Below, in pieces: positions 1 through 11,695 of a DNA stretch of 64,000 nucleotides; the first letter of the stretch is position 1; the number at the start of each line of letters is the position of its first letter. The notes below the pieces were generated by a model. It was not told where the DNA came from. It searched no databases and was given only the letters and a program-made list of their open reading frames with translations. Made by a program: the position numbers and the translations under genes. Source of the DNA: Antedon mediterranea (taxonomy: Eukaryota > Animalia > Echinodermata); assembly GCF_964355755.1 (NCBI RefSeq), contig NC_092676.1:21904871-21968870 (forward strand). Direction: 5' to 3'.

Positions 1-349
1 TTTTGTATATGAATAATTTCTTTCAAGTAATGAAACTTCTGAAACATCATAAGTTTGATGTTATTATCTTTAAATCCTACGAATAAGATTACGCATTCGC
101 ACTCTCACGACAAGCTTTAATTTATTTGGTTTATAAACTTGATCGTACTTGAGCTACGATGTGGGAAATGATGGATGGATGGATTTATTTTCTATTGATC
201 TGTTCACCATATCTAATGTTACGTCATATGAAGATTTACTCGACGAACAAAACCAATATGATCACGCATGCGCACATGATAAATGACGATATCAAAACGT
301 TTCATAGTAAAATTCCTAACGAACGTATTGAGCGTATGCACTGTCTTAC

Positions 350-2916
350 CAGTCTCATGTCCTCGTAAGTTGTAAGATAGAAGTTGTTTTTATTCCTGTG
401 TTTCCAGTAGTTTGAGTTAAAATTAAACCAAGAACGACCAGGCACTGTGAAAATATTACATCTCAAATGTGAACGTTTAACATTTTGATTATTACTTCTA
501 TGATGTAGAATGACGTCTTAATCTATCCATCTCAGTGGCAATTATGGATTCCGTAGATGGCATAATTAAAATTTAAAATTTGTAGCATTCAAATTCTAAA
601 ATGTTTAACAATGATAATTATGTTGCTCTTGTATAATAAAAATATTATATTGTTAAGCAGCACTTTCTTATTCAATACAATATTCTTAAAAACATTGAAA
701 TATGATTACTTTGTTTACTTACTATTTTCAGACATGAAACATTGCAGGAAAGTTTCCCAAGTTTCAAATTCTTCGGAATACCGGAAAGGTTGTGCAAAAT
801 GAAAATACGAAACCACGGAATCTTTTGGGTTTCTAACAACATAAACAATCTGAAATAAAAAATGTATCATTTTAAAAATAGTGTTAAATAAAGTAACCCT
901 CTATAGCGGTCTACACTATCAACTTGTTGTATGTGACAAAAAAAATGCGATGGGGCCATATATAGAAATGATGATGCCATATCACTGCCATATTTGGGCA
1001 CATCACATTTTTTTGTCACATAAAGTATTATATAGTATAAATGTTTAATTGCCGACTGTATCATTATGATGAATGTTGCCTGTTGATCATTTGTTTGTAA
1101 AATGTTTCTCTAAAGCCCTGTCTAAACTATCTAACTTTATGTGTTAAAAAAATGTGATGTGCCCATATGGACATGATGATGTCATATTACTACCGTATTT
1201 AAGCATATCACTACCGTATTTGGGCATATAACTACCATATTTGATAACATCACACTTTTTTGTCAAAATTGTTTGATAGTGTAGACAGAGCTTAAAGCTT
1301 GATTCCCACTAGGACAAGTATGTTACCATGTATTATAATTATAAGTATTCCATCCTCATAATTTTCTTTATTGGCGAGTTTAATCTGAGAAAGTTATTGT
1401 GAAGCATGTGTTAATTTTAAAACGATTACTTAATAATAATTACTTACCTTTGCTTTTCCGTTAAATACAGCTTTTGGTAAGAGTTCTTCGTGAATATGCG
1501 TCACTATCAAGCGTTGCTGGTCACGTGGTATCTTTTCAAGTTCAATCATTGTGTCAAAATATTCCAACGGTTTCGGATGAATACCGAACATCTTTTCAGC
1601 TTTTTCATAATCACCATCTGCTAAAATGCTTTTGACAATCTCGGTCATCCAATGAGTTCCTGTATAAGATAAAGATTAATAATACATAAAAAGGTGATAG
1701 AAGAAAAACTCTACTGGAACGTACAAATATATTTCCTCCCTGAAGGAAATTGTGTTGAATAGGCCTAGGCCATCCCAGAATATTACATTTATTAAAATTG
1801 ATTAAATATTGGATGGAAAAAAAACCCAAATTTTACCAGAAAAAAATCAACGGGCACCTCCTATCCAACTCACTACAGTGTCTCAAATTTTAATCTGCGC
1901 CGTTGATGCTGGCACCCAGCAGAAATGATCCACGCAACTCATCATCACTCACGTACAAACGAGAGGGTGACGCAGCATTGAGTAATTTGACTAAACACAA
2001 CCCCTCATGCAAAGTTGAGTGGGTGAGGATTCGAACAAAAACCCACTTACCAGCCTTTGAATATGTTACAATATACACATCCTCGTCTCGTACGACGAAC
2101 TGCCGAACTCGCTCATGCATATCAGCCCGCACTGACGGCACATATCGATCCCCCTCAATTTCAACAAGCCCAGCATACTGTCCTTTCTTAGGAATGGAAT
2201 CTTCGCTAATCTTGGTGAATGTTTTGGCCATTCTACAAGATCTACGTTTTGATACCAACTGAAGCTTTAACCGCTGTACTATTGTAAGCCTATCGGAATT
2301 TGTATGTAAACGGTCAAAGATCAACTGATATGACGTAGCTAAAATTCATTTCCATTACAAAACAGTACAACTCTAAACACAACCTTAGAGATAATCTCAA
2401 TTGTAAATAACAAATGTTAAGGCATACAAACTTATAGTGTGTTTTATGTAGAAAGAACTTACAGTAAATGGCGCATTTGATATCTATTTTTCACGTGTAA
2501 ACTAGTTACTTAAACTAGTATAACTGCGTCTAATCATAATGTTAGATATAAATATAAATTTCGAGGACCTTTGTTACCTTAAGACCGAAATTAAATGTAG
2601 GAGTAGTTTCTTTAAACACTAACATACAGTAGGCCTACAATGGCTCTGATACATTATAAAGCTTGACCGCACTCTGTGTACCGTATCCATCCATGAAACA
2701 AATTCAAATGTAAAACATTTTGTTTATAACCTTACCCGCTTTTGGATATGTTACCACAACAACATCATCATCACGTACTTCAAAGTTCAGCATTAGCTCA
2801 TGCATGTCTTTCCGCACCTGAGGTGGATATCTTTCACCATCAACCACAACTATCCCGGCGTACTCCCCTTTCTTCGGAATGCTTTTCTGGCTTACCTGGG
2901 AAAAAGCTGTAGCCAT
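350..2916 (-). CDS. Cytosolic sulfotransferase (Sulfotransfer_1 family), 5' part; exons 2736-2916 or 2051-2231, then 1448-1659, 723-849, 350-444; remaining exons lie beyond the window start
   Basis: Spliced translation gives the 5'-PSB motif TY(P/S)KAG|THW, a TH catalytic-His motif (LIVTHIHEELLP), the 3'-PB motif IVYVVRNPKDSVVSYFHF, then SWFNFNSNYW..TYEDMR. All introns are GT-AG with matching phases. The 127-nt and 95-nt exons match the usual SULT exon layout. Confidence 0.93.
1114..1292. mobile_element. PIF/Harbinger-like MITE in a sulfotransferase intron (related partial copy at ~905-1026)
   Basis: TIRs AGCCCTGTCTAAACTATC / GATAGTGTAGACAGAGCT; TAA on both sides (1111-1113, 1293-1295); short internal repeats CTACCGTATTT. 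Confidence 0.75.
2051..2231 (-). CDS. Sulfotransferase first coding exon 1b (MAKTFTKISEDSIPKKGQYAG...IVTYSKAG)
   Basis: ATG at 2231, 181 nt, phase-1 donor GTAAGT; colinear paralog of exon 1a; possible acceptor (cttgtag) 1 nt upstream of the ATG. Confidence 0.88.
2736..2916 (-). CDS. Sulfotransferase first coding exon 1a (MATAFSQVSQKSIPKKGEYAG...VVTYPKAG)
   Basis: ATG at 2916, 181 nt, phase-1 donor GTAAGG; canonical TYPKAG. Confidence 0.88.
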
Positions 2917-3898
2917 TGTGTTATGAGTAAAATAATAACAATGCTTAACCGTAGGATATTAATCAAGTAAATGAAATTTTCTATATATGTTTGTCTAATA
3001 AAAAATATGATGGTATGGTTGTTAACTATATGAAGACATGTATATTGTGAAGGCCGTATCATACATTTTATGTTTCCGGCAAGTCGTAATAAAAAAAGTG
3101 AATGTTTAATGCAAAATCCATTATTTGTTACCAGCATACATTTGTGTAAAGTGAATTTTACAGACAAAGGAAAGCCTAATACAATCTATCTTCATATTTG
3201 TTTGTAATGTACTGCATTAAACGAGCTTTGCTCTTGTGGTCATCTATACCAGCATTTGATATATTCTATCGTTCATGAATTCTAAATGGTAAATTGATAT
3301 TTTTACTTTGTTTTCAATACCAGCAATTATTTTTATTATATAATAAAATGTCTGTTAGATGGATTTATATCCCAATTATATTGACGGGAAACGTGCGAGT
3401 TTTTTCAAAATTTAATATTTTTCTATACAATATGTATGCCGTAGGTATTATTGTAATATTCTGTATTTACTGATTGTTATATTTTTTCTATTTATTTATT
3501 TTTTTATAGTTGTTTCATTGCAGGACCATATTGAAAAACAGAAATTGTGTGATCTTTTCTTTTCTGAATTATGTTATCCTGCCTAAATAATAATTAATGA
3601 ATTAGAATGGCAAAAATTTGAATAAGAATGAATGATAACACATACTGGTAGTAGTGATTTAGGTTATTAAGTTAAATCAACACTTTACGTTTAATTAGTT
3701 TCTCCAGTATATTAATAAGAACATTTGGTAATACAACAATAGATGTGCTTTATATGTATATCATAGTATCATATACCATAACCTAAACCTTAATCGTACA
3801 TGATACAGGCACCACATGTGATACAAATGAGTATTACTGGTCGAATATTACAGATCTAAGAATCTCTTGTCAAATTCGCTTAAAAAACGTTTCTGTTT

Positions 3899-3920
3899 GG
3901 CGCCCTCTTTATCGACACAC
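3899..3920 (+). promoter_or_regulatory. Conserved motif GCGCCCTCTTTATCGTCACAC upstream of each tandem gene unit (also ~8788, 12298, 16405, 19325, 61251)
   Basis: Six near-identical copies, about 0.9-1.15 kb upstream of the paralog start codons where an exon 1 survives. Confidence 0.55.
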
Positions 3921-4329
3921 AGTATTGTTCTTGCCTACAAATAAATCATTCACGCTTATACTTTCTTTACTCTGTATCTCAATATTGTTTAGTTTTTATA
4001 GATTTATCGTGAGTTGTTTTTTTAATGAGATTAAACCTTCCATACACTTGGATAAGTTGCTGAATTTGTACAGTTTATCAGAAAATACCTTCATGGGAAC
4101 TAGGCCTACCAAACCACGTAATAACAATTTAGCTAGTAGCTGCGCAACTCAAATCTGTCTTGCTAAACCGAAAGCCCATTCCCCCTGATCTATCTCCTGT
4201 GAATGTATTTTCATAAAACATCTGTTACAAATTGTAACAAATACAATTATATCAGTCAATGAGAGTTTTGACATTGTCAAAAACGTGAGTGAAATTGTTA
4301 TAGGTCTAAACATTTGCGATATCACCGAA

Positions 4330-4472
4330 AAGAAAGTTGCGTGTCCGGTTACCAAGTGGTGGTGTTTAGGCTGGGGCGGTTCCGATGATTACGTCATCAG
4401 TTTAGCGGCAATTATTTCGTCTTGAGTCTACATCCGTGTGGGTGCCGCGCGTTGTAACGTTTGATGTAAGTA
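4330..4472 (+). promoter_or_regulatory. CpG-rich promoter-like segment with GC box, ATF/CRE-like site and a splice donor
   Basis: GGGGCGG ~4373, TTACGTCAT ~4389, local CpG enrichment in an AT-rich context, GTAAGT at 4466. Confidence 0.4.
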
Positions 4473-4488
4473 AGGTTCGTGAGCTATC

Positions 4489-4511
4489 CATGGAGCTATT
4501 ATAGCTCCATG
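4489..4511. repeat. 23-bp perfect hairpin CATGGAGCTAT-T-ATAGCTCCATG flanked by a 7-bp direct repeat
   Basis: AGCTATC at 4482-4488 and 4512-4518. Confidence 0.7.
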
Positions 4512-5050
4512 AGCTATCCATGTAATTTAACTCTTCCCTGATTTTATTAATATGTTACATTTGTTTGTATATTATCTGAAACGTAAATCATAATCAAACT
4601 GTTTGTAGTTTCTCAACTCCACTGCACAAAAGACTTTGTGTCCCGCGATCAAAAGTCACGTTTGGACTTTAGAAAGTTAATACAATTTTGATAAATGATC
4701 TAATGATAAAATATGTTCTATCCAATTAATTATCTATCCTCTCTCTATTTTTGAAACATATCACATGTCAGCACTTATTAAAACGTGGAAAGGTTTAAAC
4801 TTTTGTCAAACATCGTACACAAATTAAACGTGTCAGTAATTACATAACATATCTTTTTGGTGTTTTAATGCAATGTATACACAAAACACCATTAGTTAAA
4901 AGCAACAAGGACCTAAAAAGCCTTTGTTCAAACATTCATCTGAGATACTATCAACAACAAAATCTGGCCCATAATGTATATAAACACGTGTGAAATGTTA
5001 CAAATTCATATTAACTCTAACTCTAGCAAGGTGCATGAGTAAAAACAAAC

Positions 5051-8000
5051 ATGAAGACCGTCAAGTACGCCATTGTTTTCTGTCTGGTTTTCCTGAATCA
5101 AGTGAAGGTAAAACACAAATTGTGTTACATAAACTAGTTTTTCAGGGATGTACGTTGGTTTAAAGTCATATTGTCCACCTGAAAAAAACAAGTTTTTGTT
5201 GTTGTTGAATATGCCATTTGAATGCAACAAAAATGGATCGAAGAAAAAAGGTTTTGTAGAATATATCATTGCTTTATATTTGCTAAAGATGGCTACTACA
5301 TTAGCTACACAGCTTATGATTTACTACATAATCAGTGGATTGTTCCACATTAACGGTTGTTACATTAGCTTGCGTTTTCTACATTGACGATTGTACAGTA
5401 AAATGCTGAAGTAAGTGCTTTCGCCTCTGTACACCCATATTTAAGGGGTTCAGATTTTCCTTCCACGACTCACCCGCCTAGCCCCAATTCAGTCATTTCT
5501 TCCTTAAGCAGTTACCAATAAGACATCTGTGAGACATTTTTGTACGGTGAAACATCACTTGGTTATCAAATTTTGTTTAGTAGTTTAGTTGTTAATTAAT
5601 GTGTTTTTAATTTATCTTTTATTTTCCATTATTTTTTAAGGGTGATGATGACGATACTGAAGTTGCCGACAATGTTGAAAATTACATATGGAACATTTTC
5701 AACGGAGAAAATGGTGGTAAGATTATAAATTTATTCAATAAATATTGTACAATGCTCATGTAATGGATCTGTAAATTGTTCGTAGCAGAAATGTCATGAC
5801 AATCTCTCTCAATGCCAAAGTATAAACGTTACATGGCGTATTATTAATCGCTCTGTTATTTAACTTACGGATGACAACATAAATTGATTTCAGTTCAGTT
5901 AATTTTTTTTCCTGTGAAATCTTAAGCTCCGGAAATAATTCTGTTTTACCTATGTGAGGAATGATGTTATAAATCCATATATCTAATCTATACCAGTGCG
6001 ATTGAGACTTGATCAACACTATTTTTAATTTTGTTAAAGTCTGAATAATACGGACATGAAATTTGTTTTGTCTTTTTTGTTTGATTTGTCTGTAGGTCAG
6101 GTCAACTTTAGATATTACTAAAAATAATAAAATTACCTTTGTAGCTAAAAAGTAGCACAATTGCAAATTTCTGAAACGTACAACGTGACTTTGTTTACAG
6201 GGTACGAGCCACCCAATAACTGCAAAGGAGAGTTTATGACGTGTGAAACAAGAAATGCTAGCGTTGTGTATACACGCTGGGGTCGAAGTGACTGCACTCC
6301 AGACACGTCAGACCTCGTGTATTCTGGTAGGTAAACTTCTATATTACAAACCACTTTTGTACAATTCCCTTGCAATTCCATTGGTTGAATTCGTATCACA
6401 TGGCCGCGGTAACTTTTTCCCATTTAAGAGTAAAGCATTCATTGCTACTCAGCATGTTTTAAAGTGTACGTGTCATGTGGTAGTTTAGGAAAATACGTGC
6501 GTTATAAAATGAATGTATCTTCTTTATTCTTTATTCTTTATTTCAAGCCAACAGTGTAAAATACCAATAGCAGGTTGAAAATAAAATAACTAAACTATAA
6601 AAAATAAGCCAATATAAATGTATACAAAAATCATAAATAAGATTATTTAAATAATTTCATTAATAATACATTTAAATTGAGAGAGATTACAGTTAAAGAT
6701 ATCTAAAGAATTATTTTTTAAAAGACAAGAATTGTACAAAGACGAGAGTCTACAGAAAATACCATTTTTACAAACATTGACACGAGAAAATGTTAACATG
6801 AAGAAAGGGTTTACTACGAAGATTACGAACAGGAACATTAAAATAAAACAACGAAACAAGATTACAATCAAACTTAGAAGTAAGACATTTATACAGGAAT
6901 TGCAAATCCTGTCTTGCTCTCCTAGATGTCGGGGAAACAATAGGAGGCAGGTTGGCTGCTGGGCCGACAAAGCGCAAGAACTTGTTATGGGTCCGATCTA
7001 TTCTGGAGGCGTGAAGAAATTCGATTCCTTGAACGTTTGGCTACTGTTCAACTAAAAATATTCTGCACATCCAATATTTTTGTATATGATTCTAATGTAT
7101 AAAGGAATTCCTCATTTAAAAAACACGTGTTGAAAGTATTTTTAGAATGTAATTTCATTAAATGAAATGCAATATCTTTATTCATCATCATTATCATCAA
7201 AATACAAATAAAAAAAGATAAAAATTGATCAAATTGAACACATCTTAATGAGTATAAAAAAATATAGTAGAAGATTTTTTTAAATTGAAATATTGTATTT
7301 ATACTGGGCGACCTGAGGGCCCAGTTATGATCAGTGCCTGTGATGTATTAATACTTTGGGGTAACCCCCTACTCGTCTCGAAAGGTGTACGTGTACTAGG
7401 TTCTTTTAAGTGCACATGAGCTAGATGTGTACAATGGACCTACGGTTTATAGTCCTTATCTTATGGCTACGTAATTATTTTTCCACTGTCTTAACCACTC
7501 ACTCGCTATGAAATGAAAATAGGATAATAAGTTAACTAACATAATACGAAATATTTTAAATAATGTCCTAATTTTAAATTATGTAATTAATAATTTAGTT
7601 TAATCCATACTTTAGGTCATAGCAAAGTAGAATGATACAATATTTTAGCCTAGTAGTTACACAGTTACAAAAATTCATATATTTTGATATTGTTATTATT
7701 TATAATTAGGATATATTGGTGGTGGACATTATACACATGGTGGGGGTGGTACAAACGCACTGTGTTTACCAGAGACACCTGAATATGACAACGGATTGAT
7801 AGCAAGTGGCTCTCTACGATCATTGATATACGGTGCTGAATTACAAACCAGTGACTACTCTCCATGGGCTGGTTTCCACGATAACGACCCAGTCTGCTCT
7901 GTGTGTCTTGCACAAGGCCGATCAACAAGTCTGATGATTCCAGCTAAACGTACGTGCCCACAAGGATGGACCAAAGAGTACGAAGGTTTACTGATGGGTA

Positions 8001-8185
8001 GTTATAGAACCCATGCAGGGCATGACTATCTTTGTGTCGATTTAAATCCAGAGGTTAGACCTGGTTCTTCGCCAAACCATGATGGCTTCCTGCTCTATCC
8101 CGCTGTAGGAGATTGTGGGTATTCGTTAGCATGTCCACCCTACGTAGATAATGCCGAGTTGTCATGTGTTGTATGCACATGGTAA
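5051..8185 (+). CDS. Secreted short-chain collagen C4-like (NC1-type) domain protein, paralog A, ~244 aa; exons 5051-5107, 5641-5716, 6201-6326, 7710-8185
   Basis: Signal-peptide-like MKTVKYAIVFCLVFLNQVK|G, acidic exon GDDDDTEVADNVENYIWNIF, family motifs VYTRWGRSDC, GGGTNALCLP, YGAE, CSVC, MIPAKRTCPQGWTKEYEGLLM, YLCVD, CPPY..ELSCVVCT; GT-AG introns in phase; TATATAAA at ~4977. Confidence 0.9.
6521..7090 (-). mobile_element. 5'-truncated CR1/Jockey-group LINE, 3' end, in intron 3 of paralog A
   Basis: Minus-strand peptide RIDRTHNKFLRF...SRRARQDLQFLYKCLTSKFDCNLVSLFYFNVPVRNLRSK...SRVNVCKNGIFCRLSSLYN (one frameshift) resembles LINE ORF2 C-termini; (GAATAAA)n tail at ~6521-6542. Confidence 0.75.
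7304..7462 (-). mobile_element. SINE fragment with a Nin-like central domain
   Basis: GGTTCTTTTAAGTGCAC...GGACCTACGGTTTATAGTCCTTATC motif; related copy in opposite orientation at ~63440. Confidence 0.5.
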
Positions 8186-10160
8186 GTACAGCACAGTACA
8201 GCCTACCACAACGACTGGCTACTTTAAACAAATGTAGAATCAATGATTATTTAACCTTTATTTGCTTAAACCTATTATTGTAATTTAGATTTCAACTTTA
8301 AACGTTCAATTTATTTGGACATGGTACTATCTTAAAAATACTGGAATCACATGTTTTTTTCTTCTGTTTAAATTAAAACTACACTATTGTATTGCATACC
8401 AAGTCTCTTAAATTTATTTAAACCTGTTTGATATACTAATTATAGTAATTATACAGTTTTCAAAAAGTGTGCTTTGAAACTATTTTAGTCCGATCAAACG
8501 CTGACTGCGGCAATTCACTTAATTTAATTGTCAAGCCGTTGATTATGGTTCACTGCGTGTAAACGTCGCTCCTGAGATACCGAGATGTTTAAATCCTGGT
8601 CATCGTTCTGCCCAGGATTTCATTGTGTATTTATACAGCCTTAGCCCAAATCGTAAGTCTAATTAGGGTCTTATAGATCTGGGAATGTTTCTGCAACATT
8701 CGGCAATTGCATTCATCTTCGTGACTGTCGATCGCAAATGTCAACAAGTTGTATAGTACTTCATAATTATCGCTTCCATTTTATTAATTGCGCCCTCTTT
8801 ATCGTCACACGGTGATTGTTCCGTTCATAGATTTTGTGAGGGCGTTTAACTTAATATCGTACAAAACACGACCAATGCTATTAATTTTTACAATGATACA
8901 CACGACAAGGTGAACGAAAAAACGATATCTTATTTTATTTTGCACATTGTACTTTACGCAACGGCAGCAGACACGTTCAACGTGATTTGAACGTCTGCAC
9001 GCAATTTAAGTACTGTATTCAGTTAGTTAACGGCAATTCGGCATAATAAATTTGTTGCATATTTTGACAAAAAAATAAACACCTTATAATAACATATTCA
9101 TGTACTATATTTTTAAGGGCGGGGGACGGATAGGAGTTACATAATGGGAAATGGTATAACGATTTTAAGCGCTATACGTTCTGATAGTTTGGAGTAATTG
9201 TTACAGCGATACCCCGTATTACTGTTACCTGATCGCTCATTCGATCGCGTACTATACAATAATTTTTTTTAACATAATATTATTTAATTACAGTGAATTC
9301 AAAAATTGTTTGTACAAAAAATATGGTTTTGTTTTTAAAATAATACATAAGTTAGTAACACAATGTATATTATTAACACGAAACAAAATTTATTTAACTG
9401 TGAATCATTTTCTTACAGTTCGTCTTGAGATTATCTACTTTATTCAATGTTTTAGATTTATTTCTTATTGTTTAAATATATCATATGTCAGCACAATTAA
9501 AGCGTGAACAGGTTTAAACTTTCGTCAAACATCGTACACAAACTGAACGTCTCAGTAATAACGTTATAACAATTCTCCTAATTGTTTTTAATGCAATGTA
9601 TACACAAAACACCATTAGTTAAAAGCAACTACGACTTCATAAGTCTTTGTTCAAACAGGCATCTGAGATACATCAACAAAAACATACGGTACCTACAGTA
9701 ATGGCGTTATAAATATTCTCCTAATTGTTTTTAATGCAATGTATACACAAAACACCATTAGTTAAAAGCAACTACGACTTCATAAGTCTTTGTTCAAACA
9801 GGCATCTGAGATACATCAACAAAAACATACGGTACCTACAGTATATAAAAAACATGTGAATGTGTTACTATTCATATCATCTCTAAAAGTGCACGAGTAC
9901 TATAACGAAATGAAGTTCTTCAAGTATACGGTTGTTTTCTGTTTGATTTTCCTCAATCAAGCTAAGGTAAGGCACAACTTTTGGTACATAATTAGTTGTC
10001 CAAGTGCGTACACTGGTGATAGTAACTGGGAGGGGTCCAACGTATGCTTTACTGTTAAAAGCAAAAACATTTGTGAAATGTGTTGTCTTGCTTGAGGTGA
10101 ACTCATTTGCTTCAATGGCCTCTCGCCGAGATATATGACCACGAAAGAAATTAGGACGTG
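8124..10160 (+). repeat. Near-identical duplicated block, copy 1 (3' end of A, intergenic DNA, exon 1 and part of intron 1 of B)
   Basis: Matches ~11634-13536 almost base for base, including non-coding DNA. Confidence 0.9.
9558..9843 (+). promoter_or_regulatory. 143-bp tandem duplication of the proximal promoter module of paralog B, just upstream of the TATA box
   Basis: CTAATTGTTTTTAATGCAATGTATACACAAAACACC...GGTACCTACAGTA occurs at 9578 and 9721; single copy in A, C and D. Confidence 0.8.
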
Positions 10161-11695
10161 TGCTTCAATATCACTTAGTTATCAATATTTTATTTAGTTT
10201 AGTAGTTTAGTTGTCAATTAATCTTTATACAATTTAAACAAAATGTCCATTATTTTGAAGGGCGATGGTGACGATGCTCAAGTTGCCGACAATGTTGAAA
10301 ACTACATATGGAACTTTTTCAACGGTGACGCTGGTGGTAAGAACGAAAATAAATAAATCATTTATTGTACAATTTTCATGAAATGTTACATTTTTAGATC
10401 TATAAATTGATCGTAACAGTTACCAACAAGAAACTACTTGGCAAACTCACCCAATGGCAAAGTATAATATAGTTAAGTTGCACAGATATCATAAATAGTT
10501 TTGTTCTTTAATTGAGTGAATGACAACATTTTTTGTTTTTTTGTTTAGTTAAATAGTTGGTGAAATCGTAAGCTCCGGTAATATTTCTCTTTAACCTATG
10601 TAGGAAATTGTGCCAAAAGTTCATCTAACAGACATTTTGCAACTGTAAAATATACTTTAGTTAGTCTAAATATATGTACTCGAAATTAGGTCAACCTCAG
10701 ATTTTACGCAATAATACAAACATTAAATGTATTACTACAAAAATTCTGAAACGTCCAACTTTGTTTACAGAGTATGAGCCAACCAACAACTGCAAAGAAG
10801 AGTTTATGACGTGTGAAACAAGAAATGTTAGCGTTGTGTATACACATTGGGGACGTAGTGACTGCACCCCAGACACGTCAGACTTAGTGTATACGGGTGA
10901 GTAAACTTCTATTAACACATTACGTATAATAATAAAGTGCTTTATTCTCACCATTTGATCGTTCAATTATATTCATAAGGCAATTAAGCCCCTGTCATTT
11001 GTTTGATTGATGTAGTATATAGACATAGTATAACTACGTTCCATCCAATGTTAATTATGTATATTTATTGGTTCTATTCAACAAGATCTTTTTAGGAGCC
11101 AGTTTCACGTGATATTTCGGTACAAAAAGGAAAATAAATTCTGCGTTCCCTGCCTTTGGTGTCTATTAGTTTGATCTAAACTACAAAATTCGTACTTTAG
11201 TCGTTATATTTTATAGGATATATCGCTGGTGGTCATTATTCACATTCTGGGGCCGGTACAAATCCTTTGTGTTTACCAGAGGCACCTGAATATGACAACG
11301 GATTGATAGCAAGTGGCTCTTATCGATCTTTGATATACGGTTCTGAGTTTCAAACCAGTAACTACAATCCATTGGCTAATTTACACGACAAAGATACAGT
11401 ATGCGCCGTGTGTCTTGCACAAGGCCGATCCACAAGTCTGATGATCCCAGCTAAACGTACATGCCCACAAGGATGGACCAAGGAGTACGAAGGTTTAGTG
11501 ATGGGTAGTTATTACACTCATAAGGGAGGACATGAATACCTTTGTGTCGATTCAAATCCTGAAGTTAGACCTGGCTCCTCGACAAACCATGATGGCTTTT
11601 TGCTATTTCCCGCTGTAGGAGTATGTGGGTCTTCGTTAGCATGTCCACCCTACGTAGATAATGCCGAGTTGTCATGTGTTGTATGCACATGGTAA
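9910..11695 (+). CDS. Short-chain collagen C4-like domain protein, paralog B, ~245 aa; exons 9910-9966, 10261-10336, 10771-10896, 11217-11695
   Basis: Same exon phases and motifs as A; spliced frame open to CVVCTW*. Confidence 0.9.

Noticed and set aside
47-76. Possible next sulfotransferase exon (tag|DLKIITSNL*)
   Set aside because: It stops after 9 codons with no further SULT motifs; the real exon is probably outside the window.
8180-8187. GTAAGT donor overlapping the stop codon of paralogs A and B, suggesting read-through into the next gene
   Set aside because: It is a phase-2 donor, whereas downstream exons need phase 0 or 1. It is not conserved in C, and the domain ends naturally at CVVCTW.
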